Origin: Camelus ferus
Lineage: Eukaryota
Reading direction: 5' to 3'
NCBI RefSeq assembly: GCF_009834535.1
Contig: NC_045696.1
Span: forward strand, 1,054,001-1,118,000
DNA: 64,000 nucleotides
Positions 35,911 to 49,500 of the stretch are shown here, in pieces (the stretch's first letter is position 1; each line of letters begins with the position of its first letter). Both the position numbers and the translations under genes were made by a program. The notes under the pieces were generated by a model. The model worked only from the letters and a program-made list of their open reading frames with translations, had not been told where the DNA came from and searched no databases.

Positions 35911-38049
35911 TCAGCTGCCGTGCAGGAAGTCCACCGTGAAGTGGGCCCAGGAGCTGAAGCAGGCGGGGGAGCAAAGGACACGGGGAGCGACGGCCCCGGA
36001 CACGCGACAGAGATGGCGCCTCTCGGAAGACGACAAGCCAGGGGAAGCGGGTTCCCCAAACACGGACACCGAAGTCGTGTGCAGTGACGTGCCTCCCGCT
36101 TGGGAGGGCCAGACACCCGCTCAGCCACCTAGGAGGGGACAGGCAGTCCTGCGGGCCCGTGGGGAGGACGGTCCCCTTTCCAGGAGTGCTGAGGTCAGCC
36201 AGGCTGGCGTCGCTGTGAGACCTGGATTCCTCGGCAGGTGCAGAGTCCTCTAGTGTCTGCACACATTGGGGCACCGGGGAGCCAGCGTTTCAGATGAAAG
36301 CTCTTGATCCAAGACATTAATATCTGACTACTGTTCCACTGAGCGCCCGGGGACCTGGCACCACAGAGCGTCACATTCCTTAGTGACAAGGGGAGAAAGG
36401 ACACTCTGAATGTGGGTCCATCCCCTCAACCTTACATGCCGGCACAGGACAGCCCCAGCCCCCGGGACCTCCTAAAATCCACAAGAACACGTCAGGAGCC
36501 GGGGCTCGCTGCCAGGTAGGGTGGGTGGATGGGGTTCAGGCACCACAAGGGCCCCCCACCAGCCGGGAGCTGGGCTCCTCGGGGCGGGGCTGCACGGGGA
36601 GCAGAGAGGACAGAGAACCCGCAGAGACCTTCAAAGCAGTGAGCAGCCCTATTACTTTTTAAGGGCCTGGCGGGTTGCTCATTAACTGGATTTTTACTGG
36701 GAGGCTGGAGGGCAGGCTCACATGGGGGGTTCCCACGGGGAGGGGTGGGAAGTGGCCGGCCTGCCCAGCCTCCATCTGTGAGCACCGGGCTTTGGTCTGG
36801 TTGGGGTTGCAGGTCAGGCACCTCTCACGTGCCGACACCCTGAATCCACCAACGCCCCAGCCTCCCTGCAGGACTGTGGCCCCAGGGCAGATGAAGGCAG
36901 GCTGGACCCGGGCGCAGTGGGGGCCCCGGATCCACTCCTGACCCTGGATCACCGCACAGGCGGCACCCGGCCGGCTCTGTGCCCCCATCCGCACAGGAAC
37001 CACCCAGGGCCAGCCGCCCAGCAGGGAGGAGGCCCCACAGCCAGCTGCCTCGGCAGAGCCATCCCAGACCCTGGGCAGACCCGGCCCCAGCCAGCCTCTG
37101 CGGGGTTCAGGAGCGGCGCACCCCACAGGGGCCAGGCTCTGGGGGTCCCGGTGGGTCCAGGCAGGAGCCCAAGGCTCCAGGGGCTGCAGCCCCCTCCTCG
37201 TTTCTCAGCGTGCCCTCCAGGAAGGGGCTGCAGACTCGGCAGGGTGGGCGACCTGGCCTGGGCGAGCTCGTCCACCGGCGGGTCGGCCCGCACGCCGCTG
37301 CCTGATGCCTGCCGACCCCAAGCCACCAAGGAAGTGGGGGCCGGGGGGAGGAGGACGTGGGGTGGCGACACGCTCACAGGGAGCGGTGGTGCCGTGCTGA
37401 CCGTGACGACAGAGGACATCCGGGTGCCATCTTGTCCCTGTTCCTGTCGCACGCCCGTGAAAGTTATAAACGCAGACTCACAAGCAGGTAAAATCAAGCA
37501 GAACGAGAGGAACGCGCAGGGGCGGGCAAGGCCCGTGGTTTGTTTCTCACAGTCGGGGGGGCAGTGCCCAGCGGGGCCCGGGCCCAGGGCAGTGGGCCCA
37601 GGGGGCCGTGGTGGGTGCCCAGGCCGGCCCAGCCCACGCAAGGCCCCACGAGGATTTGGACGACGTGGTGAGCATGCCTCCCCAGGACAGCCGTGACCTG
37701 GGCCCTCCCCGTCCGGACCATCCTCCGGGTCAGTCCTGGCCCAGCCACCCCCTACCCCGACCCTCCATCCCCCACCCCCAGGCCTGGGCCCGGGGCCCCC
37801 TCCCCCCCTGAGCGGCTTCTGGCCGGGGCCTGAGTGCGTGCGGGGCTCTGTGGGGTGGCTGGGGGGGCAGGTGGGTGAGGCTGGCGGCCAGGCCGGTCAC
37901 TGTGGACACACTGGTCCGAGAGGGCGTTTCTTGTCCTTTCTGCACTGCTTGGTCACTGGGTGGTGTGACCCGCAGGCTGACACATCCATGTCACGCCCCG
38001 GGGGCCAGAGAGGCTCACAGGATGGCAGGACCAAGTGTCAGAGACACCA

Positions 38050-38435
38050 CAGCATGTTCGGTGTCCCCAGAAGACACGCCCACGCCCTAACCCCCCACGC
38101 ACACGGCCTTGTTGGGAAGGTCTTGCAGGCACGGTCAAGGATCTCAAGATGCGGTCATCCCAGCTGGGCCGCGGAGCCAGCAATGAGGGGCCTGGACAGA
38201 AAACACAGACACGGGAGGGGCCACGTGGAGACGGAGGCAGGGGTAGGAGCGATGTGGCCGCAAGCCAGGGACGCCTGGACCCCCAGGAGCTGGAGAGGCT
38301 GGAAGGACCCTCCCCTGAAGCCCCGGAGGGGGCGCAGCCCTGCGACTCCTTGGCCCCAGAGCTGGGAGAGAATCGGTTTCTCTCATTTTAGGTCCCCATC
38401 ATGTGGCGGTTTGTGACGGCACCTCCAGGAGCCCC
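38050..38435 (+). mobile_element. MaLR solo LTR (MLT1B/C-like)
   Basis: ggccacgtggagacggaggcag, gccgcaagccaggga, gagctggagaggctggaaggaccctcccct, tgtggcggtttgtgacggca. Confidence 0.8.
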
Positions 38436-40370
38436 CAGGGTTACCAGGGACAGGGGAGCAGTGCGGGGCAGGCCTGTGGGAGCGGCAAGCCCCCTGAGCA
38501 GAGCTTTCCCGAGCCGTCAGGGCGCACTGAGGGGGCTCTGCCCAGGGTCTCGGAGGCATAGACTGCCTTCTGCTGACGCCTCCTCCTCCGAGGAAAATAA
38601 AGCCTTCTTTGTTCCCTGTAACACCGCAGGTGGGTGTCAGGAGAGACACAGAGGGGCGCGGGGGCCTCCCAAGGGCGGGGACTGACGAAGCTCAGCTTCC
38701 CCCGAGAGAACGGGGGTCCAGACAGACCCTGCCCCAGAGTGGAGACCCAAAAGGGGGCTCCCCCGAGGATGGTCTGTTTAGCCCCCAGGGCCCGGCCACA
38801 GGAGGAGGCAGGACAGCCCCCAGGGTGCCCATCCTGGGGTGCGGTGAGGACGCCCAGCGCAGCCAGCAAAGCTGACCCATCTCCTTCAACGCAGGTGCGA
38901 TGCCCCTCCCGGCCCCAGCCCTGCTCCTGCCTTCCCAGCACCCAGGGCTCTGAGGCTGCACTCGGGCCGGGGGCCCTGGTCTCCCGGGCCTGGAGTGGAG
39001 TCGGCCTCAGGAGTTGGGAAAGCTCTCAGGTGAGTCCTACGGGCAGGTGGGTGGAAAATAAAATCACAGCAGACCCTGGCTGCCTCCAGAGGACGTGTGA
39101 AAAAGACCCCAGGCCTTGTTGGAAGAGACTGGCCCTAGTCTGGAGCCTGGGTACCCCAGGCCGCTCTCTGAATGGGCCACCCACTCAGGGGCCCACCTCA
39201 TGGGCTGAGAAGCCAAAGGGGAGACATCAGCGCCCCTAACCCCCGGGGGCTTCTGGATGCTTTGCAATCCCACCCCCCACCCCCACCCTACCAACTGAAG
39301 GGCACCTGCTTGGAGATACATCAGTTCCACCCAGAATCCAGGGGCCTGGCTGGTCGGTACGCTGGTGCCAGAACAGTCAGGAAACAGCTGGTCTGGGCCA
39401 CGACCTCCCTCTCCACCCCCAAGATATCCCGAAAACCAGCGACGGGCTGTCAGCCAGCCCACCCCGCGGGCGCCTGCTTCCTGCCCTTCCAGGGCTGCTG
39501 GCGACAGGGACGGGTGGAAGGACAGGCCCGGGCTGGGGGTCGGGGCCACCAGCCTTCACGGGGTTGTGCAGACGCTTCGGTCCAACTTTGCTTCTCCCTG
39601 AACACAGACCGGACGGAGCCCATAAACCCCTCGCAGGCCCGTGTGCACGAAAGCCCTTCAGATGCCAGGCTCTGTGCAGACAGACTGCCCGCCAAACCCA
39701 GAGCCTCTCTGGGTTCACGTGCCCAGAACGGTCCCAAGTAGCAGTAACTGAGGAAAACTACGCTCCGCGTGGAGACGGGTTTTGTGCGCAGAGGACACCT
39801 TGGGTCCCCGAGCGCAGGGCTGTCATGCCAGGGACCAGCCACCGGGGGGAACCGCAGACCCGGAGATGGGAGACCCGATGGGCGATGGAAACAAAAGGCT
39901 TACGTTGTCAGATTCTTTGAAGTGTCAAAGTATCGCACATGTATTGCAACGCACAAGGGCGAGGACGCAGAAGCCGCCAGGCCCTCCCTCCCACGGCCCA
40001 GCGACCACTCACTCCCGCTCTGCCCCCACCCTTGGTGACTCTGAGCCCTACAGGCCGCCCTGAGGGGACCCTGCTCTGGCCCGCTCCCCAGCCCACCTGG
40101 CGGTGCCGGTACCGGGCCCCCCAGCATCTCTGGTCTGTGCGCTCCTGCTGCTGAACTGACCGACGGCAGGTGCTCTCCAAACAGGGGGTCACCGGGTCAA
40201 AGAGACAGGCTCCCCGAGTTTAGGTAACAGAGAGGTTGCAGTCATTCCAACAAGGATGCGGCATCCACATGGCCCTGGGCACCGCCAGCCCCCGGCGGGG
40301 CGTGTTTCGTGTTTCCCTTGTGCGGGATGCGTGTGGGACAAACATGCAGTCTGCGGGGCCAGAGGCAGGA

Positions 40371-40875
40371 TGGGAGCAGGCAGAATGGTGCCTCCCGCCC
40401 CCAAGACAGGCACATGCTGCCCACCTGGGGCCTGTGACCATGTAGAGTATGTGGCAGGAGGGAATTAAGATGCAGGCAGATTAAGGCTGCTGATCAGCTG
40501 ATCTTAAAATAAAGAGATTATCCTGGATTATCTGGATGGGCCCCCATACTCGTAAGGGTTCCTGAATGGGAAGAGGAAGGCAGAAGTCACAACCAAAGGG
40601 ACGGCCCCATGAGAAAGACTGAGCTGGTCTGGTTGTCACCAGCTCTGAAGGTGGAGGGGCCAGGAGCCAAGGATGCAGGCGCCCTGAGAAGCTGGGAAAG
40701 GCAGGAACAGGTTCTCCCTTGGAGCCTCAGGAAGGAGTCAGCCCTGCCCACACCTTGATTTTAGCCCAATGAGACCTATGTCAGACGTCTGATCTCCAGA
40801 ACGCTAGGAGAACACTTTGTGTGTTTTAAGCTATAAATCTGTGGCCATTTGTTAAAGCTGCTGCTAGACCCTCAT
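40371..40875 (+). mobile_element. MaLR solo LTR (MLT1D-like)
   Basis: gagattatcctggattatctggatgggccc, gagccaaggatgcaggc, agaagctgggaaaggcaggaacaggttctccc, caccttgattttagccca. Confidence 0.85.
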
Positions 40876-43800
40876 CTGCTCTGCACTTCCTGCCGGCTCT
40901 TCACCTCCATCCTGCACCTGCATCTCCAAGTTCGGGGGCCCCTCCCCCACCTGGACCCCATTCCTCCACACTCGGGGGTCCCCCCTCCATCAGGGTGGCT
41001 CAGGCTGCAGGCTCCCCCTTTCCTCAGGGCACAGGCTTCCTTCTGTCTCGGCGTTGCACGCACTTTCCTCTGCTTTGTTCTCATTTTCCTTCTGCATTTA
41101 CTTTCTACTTCCACGCAGTCAACCCTCCGTCCTTCCCCCTTGCCCTCTGAGGGTCCTTTTTAGCTCCCCCCTCCCCGGGAGGCCACAGACTGATGCCTGA
41201 ATGACAATCTGCCTTCAATTCCCTTCATCACCTGGGGGCCTGGGGGCCATCGCTCCACAAACTGTGGACCAGGACATGCTTCCCCTAACCTGTCATGGCC
41301 AATACTTTGCAAAAATGTTATGTGATGCGGAATACAGGAGTGTTAACACACAGGGACTGCTCAGTGTCCTGTCCCCAAACCGCCCAGGAGCTCCAGGCTG
41401 CCATCAGGAATTTGTTTCCAGTCCTGCCACATGCAGGGGTGCCTAAGTCATTTTCTTCCAGCTGCATGGACGGACGTGCCCCCCGCCACTGGGCAAGCTA
41501 ACTGCTCCCTCTCTCCAGAACCACCACTGCGGCCCTCCCTCCTCCTGGGGAAGCACTGTCTGCAAACCAGACCCACCAGCCCTAGGGGAGAGCAGAGCCC
41601 AGGGCTGCGGCTGGAGGGGCCGCAGAGAACCGGGAGGAGAGGGGAGACGTCAGCGGGCGGGGCAGGGTGGGTGGGCTCAGGAGATCCCCCCCCCCGGGTG
41701 TGTGTGTAAGTGTGTGTGTGCACATCTCCCCCCCGCCAGAACTCAGGCAGCTGGACCGGCCCAAACCTGGAAGGGGACAGTCCTTCTCGGCCCAGAGCCG
41801 CTGGGGTGGACGCCAGGAGACAGGTGTCCACTCTAACTGCCCTTCCTGGAGCAGCCTGGACAGCGGCTTGCGTCCACCACCGCCTCGGCCCAGACTGTCC
41901 AACAAAGACGAGCCTTTTGCCTAGTTAACAGCCCTTCTTCTTCCAGATAAAAGTTGAAAATGGGTATTCCTCTAAGCTTCAAAATTACAAGAGCTGTGAT
42001 CTGCAGGAAGTTATACAAGTGAGCATCAGGCCGCTTAAGGCAGCTTGTTCCACTGGGGCGCCAGGCACTGCCCCCCCGTCCTGACCCCGCGTCACTTGGG
42101 CCGCTCCCCCCACCCCCGCATGGCTGGACGTGGTCCTGGGCGGAGGGTGGAGGGCGGCTGCTCCCACGCCGCATCCCACTGGAGGAGAAGGACCAGGGTA
42201 TGCGTCCCTCCACACCGCCTCCTTCCGGGGGTCGCTGCTCAGACCAGTCCCCACGCGTGCAGCCCAAGGAAATCAACTGACGGTTAACACCAGCGTCACC
42301 CAAGAGAGGACAGGCTGCAGGGGGCACTGCAGGTGGGCTGCAGACCAGTTCCCTCTGAAACGTCCTGTCTCAGAGGACGTCGTGGTCTGCAATGCCCCCA
42401 CATCGTCCTGGCTTAGAGGGCACCCCCAGAAGAGCCGGAGGCCCCAACATGACCCACACTGGGCGCCACCCAGCCCAGGCCACCACCTGCTGCAACACTT
42501 GGTCAGAAAAAGGCTGAGGCAGACAGTCCGAGCTGCTCCCTCTGGGGGCCTGTCGCAGGGCAGGCTGAGCAGGAGGGACAAACCTCCCACTTGGACGTGT
42601 CACCGCCGGCCTGGGGTCAGAAGGGAAAAGCTCCTGGTCTCCAAGTGAGACAGCAGTTTCAGGAGCCGCTGCACCTGCGTCCTGCTCCCCGAGGCCAGTG
42701 TCAGGGGGCAGAAAGGCTGCCACGTCCTCTGGGTTCCCGAGTGCTCCCCCGGGACTGGGGTCCCCAGAGAGGGCCACCTCTCAGCGCCTCTCAGAGCCTC
42801 ACAGCCACCCCGCGGCCAATGCTTGTGACACTCAGCCACCGGCAAAGCCCATGGGAGCCAGGCCTCAGGAACAGGCCCTGCTGTGGCCCCTCACGGGGTC
42901 GGCCCGCACCGCTCCCCCTGACCGGCCCTTCTCAAGTCAGCCCAGGACGGGAAGCCACAGAGGCCTCAGCCACAGGGCCTCCTCACAGGTGCTGGGACCA
43001 GGCCTGTGGGATGAACCTGAATCCAGCCTGGATGCCGTCTAAGGCCAGGGCGTCGGAGACCCGCCCACCTCCAGGCAGACGCCTGGGCCCCTGGACGGCC
43101 CAGGGGAGGCCCCTCACAGCTCAGACGGCCTCCGCCTCCCTCAGGACCCGGATGGTCCCATTCACACCCGGCAGGTAAGCATTCGTGATGACCTAGGAGT
43201 TTCAAGTCTGTTCAGAACACACCTATGAAAGTAAAGGATACTTTAAATTTTAAGAGATTGAACAAAATGTTCTGTTCCATCAGCCAAACTTCCTACCGAC
43301 ATCTGAACAAATTCAGCATGTTTCTGCCTCCTGGTTCTTCTGCAAGACTCAGAGCTCAAAAGAAATCAAACATTAAAGAGAGTCCACGACCCCTTGCAGG
43401 ACGCAACCGCTGGAGCTATTTCCTTTGGCTGAACCGTCAAGTCAAGTTTCAAAGAGGATTAACATCTGTGAGGCTGCTGTTTTTCTCGAGAACCTTTTGG
43501 CGTTTTCTCACACAGTCCTTATGGGAAGGGGGCCCAGGACCCACCAGGGGGCATTTCTGGGGTGTCCTTAATGCACGGTTGGCATCTCTCTGGAAGTCGG
43601 GCGGGCGGCCGACGAGGTCAGTCTGATCAGTGCAGTTTCCGTCCACGGAGACGTGAGCGAGCTGTGGGCAGGAGGGGGCAAGGCTGCATCCTTCCCCGGA
43701 GGCACCTCGGGCGGGGCCCACGGGGCAGCGCCGAGCCACCAGCCGGCAGAGAGGGGTCCTTCCCAGGTGACCTGCCCCAGGGCTGCTCAAGAAGGGTGAC

Positions 43801-46194
43801 GCCCTGTCGCGGGCGCAGCAGGGCCTCCGGGGTGGGGGGGTGCCTCATGGGAGCCCACCCGGAGATCCACCGGGTCGGCCAAGCTCACAGAGGCCCCTCT
43901 GGGCGCCCCCTCCATCCCCAGGGCTCCAGGCCCGGCAGGCCGCCCTCCCACTCCGAGGCCGTGTCCCTCGGCGCGGGGGTCTGGAAGCAGAGTGGGCACC
44001 GGGCTCTTGGTCTGCGTCTGGTCCAAGTAAACCTGACAGCAACCCGACTGGACCAAACTCCCCAAGACAAGGGTGGGGTCCCCGAGGCCCTCCGTCACGC
44101 CTCCCCCCGGGGACCCGCAGGGCCAGTGGGGCATCATGGGCAGCCCTGTTTTCTCACCTTCCTCCAAGGCCCACCTCTGGCCCCTGCCGGCCCCGTGTTT
44201 GTGCTGGGCCTGTGTCTGAAACTGCTTCAAGTAACAAACACTGACAGCCCAGAGAGCCGCTGGGGCTCCCCCGGGTCTGAGGGAGAATTCTGTGGGGCTC
44301 AGAAACGTCCCCAGCACAGCCGCTGGAGCCCTGGGAACACGACCAGCCTCTGGAGCACCGGGAGGCCTCCATCAGACCGGGTCCCCCTCTCCTTGTGCCA
44401 TCAGGGCCTGGCCTCCAGCCCGGGTGGCCGCTGCGCGGGGTGGGTGCTGTGAGCAGCGTGAGCTGGGGGCGCCGCACAGGGCCAGCGCACAGCGGAGGGG
44501 TCTGTAAACGCCCCCCGCCCCGCCGCCCTCGGCCCCCGCCCGAGCTCTGCTCTGTCTCAGGCCCCGCCCAGGCCCGCCCGACAGCCCAGATAAGCTGCTG
44601 TGAATGGAATGTGACCTCCTCCTCCTGGGGTGTCAGGCCCCAGCCTAGCAGATAAATCACCTGGAAGACAAACGCCTGGGCGTCTGCAGGACGGACACAC
44701 AGCCCCTGCAGGTTAGCGGACCTGGCGGGTGTGGCCGTCCCCGCCGGCTTCAGTTTGCTCATTCGGACCTCCCGTCTCAGTCCCCAGGCTGCCAGGCGGA
44801 CCCACCTCATGGGGCGACCACGTGGGGTGACTGCGCACAGAGCCTCGTGTCCCTGGCTCTGCAGCCCAGCCAGACCCACTGACCCAATGCCTACTTGACG
44901 GAGGGCTGGGCCAGGGCTTCTGTGGAAGAGTCTGCAGCCATGAAGGCCATAAAAGGTCCCTCCACGTGGTCTCGGCCTTCCTCCTACACCGAACACAACC
45001 AGACCTGCGGCCGGGATGAGCCATCTCCACGTCCCTGGGCCCTCAGGGGCCCAGGAAGCCCCCCAGGCCCTCCATCCATCTCTGTGACCAGACCAGGGTA
45101 ACCGAAGGGCCCCTGGCCTGCCTGAAGCCCAGCCCCTGTTCTGCAGCCTGCAAGGGCCCAGGTGTGGCTGAGCCCAGGGCACTTCACCTGGCACCCCCTC
45201 CCCGGCACCCAGGCAGGTGGCTGAGGACCCCCTTCCTGCCTTGTCAATCACTTCAAACTGCCTCCCCAAGGTGGGGCGAGGAGTGATCGGAGCTGTGGTG
45301 GGAACTTCCACCTGCTTGGAACTTTACCTGGGACCCAGCACGGAGGGTCCTGGCATCCGCAGGGACGTGACCATACCCCCACTACGTGGTCACACTGTCG
45401 CCCACCCCGGCACCAGTGTGAACTCGACGAGCAGGCCAGCAGCCAGGGCCCCAGGGCAGCAGCAGCCACATGGCTCAGAGAGGGTGCGGAGGCCGCGGCC
45501 GAGCGCTGCTGACAGGGTAACAGACAGGGTAAGCAGGAGATACACCAGCAGTGCATCTGGCCCAACAGAAGAACCACCGACACAGACAGCTGTCGAGGGG
45601 ACAGCTGGAGAGGCCGTGGCTCCAGGCTCCACCTGCCCCTTTCCCACTCTCAGGTGCTCCATCAGGCCTGTGGGTCCTAGTTGCCGGCTCGTAGCTGGTT
45701 CATGGGCTCAGAGCTTGAAGCTGGAAATAGATGCTCCGGCCGCATCATGGGACCCCAGGGAGGGAAAGAGGGGATCTGGGACTGAGCCCCCCGGACGCAG
45801 GTCCGGCCCACAGGGCCTGCCACACTGCACACAGTGGGCGGACGAGTGAACGGACAGGTGGATCATGAATGAACGGACACCCCGAGCCAGCCCTGCGCCA
45901 GGGAGCCTCCAGCTAACCTGCGCTGCCCTCTCCCACACAGCGCGCATCCTTCCATCCGTGTGCACCTCTGTGAGCTCAGGGCCAACGGCAGAGGACAGCC
46001 CCCCGCCACTCCCTGCTGTCCCCCTGGGTCCTCAGAGAGGCCGCCGCCCACTGGGGAGGCTGTTCACACACTTGCCGGCAGGATTTGCAGAAGGAGGCCC
46101 TCTAGATCCAGCCTGGGGCCTTTTTAAGGGAAAGCCACTGTCCTGAGTCTGCAGATGGTTCAGCTACACAAAGTGCTTTCAAAGCCAAAGGACC

Positions 46195-46536
46195 CATGCT
46201 GGAGTATTATTCAGCTGTTAAAAAAAACTCAGCACGGACACACGACGTGGATGAGCCTGGACAGGATGGTGGCAGTGAGAGAAGCCAGACACAGAGGGAT
46301 AAACACCAGGGGATTCCATCCACATGAAGCGTCCAGAGCAGGCGAGTCCAGACACAGGAAGCGGGAAAGTGGGAGGCAGGCTGGGGAGGGCGGCCGGGGA
46401 GGGACGGCCAGCGGGGGTGGGCTTTCCCGACGAGGTGAGGGCTGCATGACGCGGTCAACGTACGGAATGTCACTGAACTGCTCACTTTAAAGTGGTTAGT
46501 TTTACGCTATGTGAATTTCACCCCAACAAAAAAAGT
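46195..46536 (+). mobile_element. L1 3'-end fragment (L1MB-like)
   Basis: ggagtattattcagctgttaaaaaa, gtggatgagcctgga, cactgaactgctcactttaaagtggtta...tatgtgaatttcaccccaacaaaaaaa. Confidence 0.8.
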
Positions 46537-49500
46537 TAAGGAATCTGGTTGTCCCCCAGCGCACATAAAAGAGAGCACATGACACTCGTGGAAACTGCCC
46601 ACCCCGTGTCCTCGAGTCTCCTGACCTCCAGTCCTGGCCGCTGGCCACGCCCTGCCAGTCACCACCTTCCCCAGTCTGCTCAGCCCATCCAGAGAGGCCA
46701 CCCCATCCCACAGCACATTCCCAGCCCTGGCCTCTCACCCACATGCTCCTGGAGCCCTGAGGGACAAAGCAAGGCAAGATGCACTCTCAGAAGTGCTCCT
46801 GTGGGAACAGTAGGGGCAGTAGGAGGGCTGCATGGGGGAGGTGGCATGGGCATGTCCACCTGCGCTGGCTCTGACCCAGGAGCCCTGGGGTCCTCTGGCT
46901 CCTGGGACAATGCCAGGAAGCAGCCACAGAGGCCAGAGTCTGGGAGGCCCTGAGGCCATGAGTCACTGCACCTCATTGCTCAGTCGTGAGCTCATCACTC
47001 AGGTGCCAGGCTGCGCTCCCGAGGCCGCGCCCTCTCACTTTCCTGTCAGCCCCACGGCTTTAGCCACGGCCCGGAGCCCCAAGCCAGCCGCAGACAAGCC
47101 AGAGCCAGTGTATGGAGATGGAAATCAGAGCCCAGATCCTAGTGGTCCTCAGGTCACGCGGCACGTGAGCAACTCCACTCGGACACGCCCTGCCGAGCTG
47201 GCGGGGCCCCAGCATGCAGGCTGGCAGGCAAGGCCACGCCAGGCGGGCATGGGGCAAGAGGAGGCCTGCCTGGAGGAGGCGGTTCTCTCACCACGCAGCA
47301 CCCCAGCGGCAGGCCGGGATCTGGGGTCTGAGTGGCGAGGCAGTCAGGGGAGCAAGGAGCCCCTCGGGGCTGTCCTGAGTGAGGGGACCCCTGCGCCCGC
47401 CTCCTGGGGTCCCCGCCCCAGAGTGAGCAGGGCCGTGGGCAGGAGGGGCATGGGGCCTGCCATCCCTGGAAACGTTATGCACACGTAGGAAGGAGAGGGA
47501 CGGTGGGGAAGGGAGGCGACACTCTGATGTAAAAGCTCTGGTGAGAAGGAAGCAGACAAGGGAGGAAACACCGGGACGGGAAGTTCTGTCGTTCCCAGCT
47601 CATCCCACAGTCACACGGCGTCCGAGGGCTTCAGCGGGCCAGCCCTGTACGCGCCCCGGCGAGGCCCTGCTTAACCCGATGCGCACTCAGGCACCGTGCA
47701 CACGTGCGCGCGCCCTTAGGCGCCCAGCTTTGGAAAGAGGTCACGCGGCGGGGCAGCGTTCTCCTCTTCCATGCCCCCCAGCACAGGACGGAGACGCCTG
47801 CTCGTGCGTCCAGCGCCCGTCACACCCTCCTACCTCTGCGCAGCCCCGGGCACCTCCTCCACCACCGGGGCCGCCGAGTCCCTGCAGCTCCCCGGGCCTG
47901 GGTCCTCCCGCCCCTCGGCCTGTGGCCGCCTGGGCCGCCGGACACTTGGAGGAGGAGGGCAGAGAGGCGGCGCTGAGCGGCACGCGTCTGCAGGGGAAGG
48001 AGATGCGCCGTGAACCCACGGCCAATCCAGGGACGAGCTGTCACTGAAAGGACGTGGTACCCGAGCCCGGCAGAGAGTAGGAGGGGCTCACACACGCAGG
48101 GAACCGGGAGCCCTTGCTGCTCCAAAATCTGCCCCAATTTCAGACACAAGTCTCCACTCGACTGTTCATGGGGGCACGTCCTCCCCCAATTGCGGGGCCC
48201 CGTGCACAGTAGGTGCACAGAGAGGGAGGAAAGGACACAGGAGGAAGCCCAGCCTCCCCCCCAGGCCAAGCGTAGAGGGACCGACCTCTGGAAGGTGACC
48301 GAGTGCTTTGGAAAGACGTGGTCAAAGACCAGCGGCTTAAGATGAGTTGCTCTCCATCCACACACGGGCAAGGCACCTGCAGAGACGGGACGCTCTCGCC
48401 TGATGTTAAAGAAGCGAACGGGCCCACGGACGACGCTCCCCGGCATTCTGGAAGGACAGCGCCGAGTCGGGCGGCAGGTGCACTGCCACCAGGAGCCCGC
48501 AGGCAGCCCCACTGTGTGAGCTCCCACATGCGAACAGGAGTCCTGGGGTCTGGGCGTCCTGGATGCTCACCAGCCCCTCAAGTCATTAGGGCTGAAAGTC
48601 AGACAGAACCAAGTTCAGAGCAGCGTGCGCCAATCCCTTCCGGGGCGGGGAGGAGCCCTCCTGGACCACGTGCGGAGCAGGGCCCCCGTCACCCCAGGCT
48701 CTGCACCCTCCCCCAGCCAAGGGGCCACGGCCGGGAGAGGCAGGGAGGCAGGACATGCTGGGGGAACTTCCGGCGTCAGCAACGGGACATCCCGCCCAGG
48801 CCCCCTCCCTTCCCAGGGCCCCTCAGCGCCGTGAGGCGAAGAGCGCAGGAGGGACCCTTCCAACAGAGAAATGAGTCTGGAAGACGGGAGAGCACAGGCA
48901 GGGCCGGGACCACACACCCACGCTGGAGGCCCGGCGTGGGGATCTGGGGGCCAAGAGCCACACGGCTAAATCCTCCCCACAATGACGGTGAGACTGACAG
49001 CGTCCAGCCACAGCCTCTGGCATCTGGGAAGCCTCGAGTTTGTGGCTGTCATCACTTTAATCCGCACGGGGCCTGTGGCCCTCTGGTGAGCTCATGCGCG
49101 GAAACAAACTCACAGACCAGGAGGACGGTGACAGCGGCGGGCCGGCCCCTCACGCTGCCTCTGACACCCGGCCTGAGCCCCTGGATTCAGGGCACTGGGG
49201 ATCGTGGCCGGGTCTTTGTGGTTTCCACCTTGCAGTTTGGAAGGACAGGGATCCGTGCTCCGCCCACAGCTTCCCCTGGGCTGCTCTTGGGCCTAACAGT
49301 TCAGCCTGGGCCCGCCCGACGGCCTGGCCAGGCCACCACCAGGGGCTGCAGGCCCTGCCCACGGGCCTCAGGGACGCCCATGAACTGAGCGGTGTCCCAT
49401 CCAGGGCCAGTGCCGGCCACCTCCTCCAGGCCCCCACTGGGATGCTGGGGTTTTCAGGGGCTTTCAAGGGGGCTGCCTGGAGCGGCCGAAACGGATGGTC

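Noticed and set aside
44154..49388. Long intronic ORFs (385 aa at 44154..45311, 361 aa at 48303..49388)
   Set aside because: No protein-like composition, domain or splice structure; expected by chance in very GC-rich DNA.
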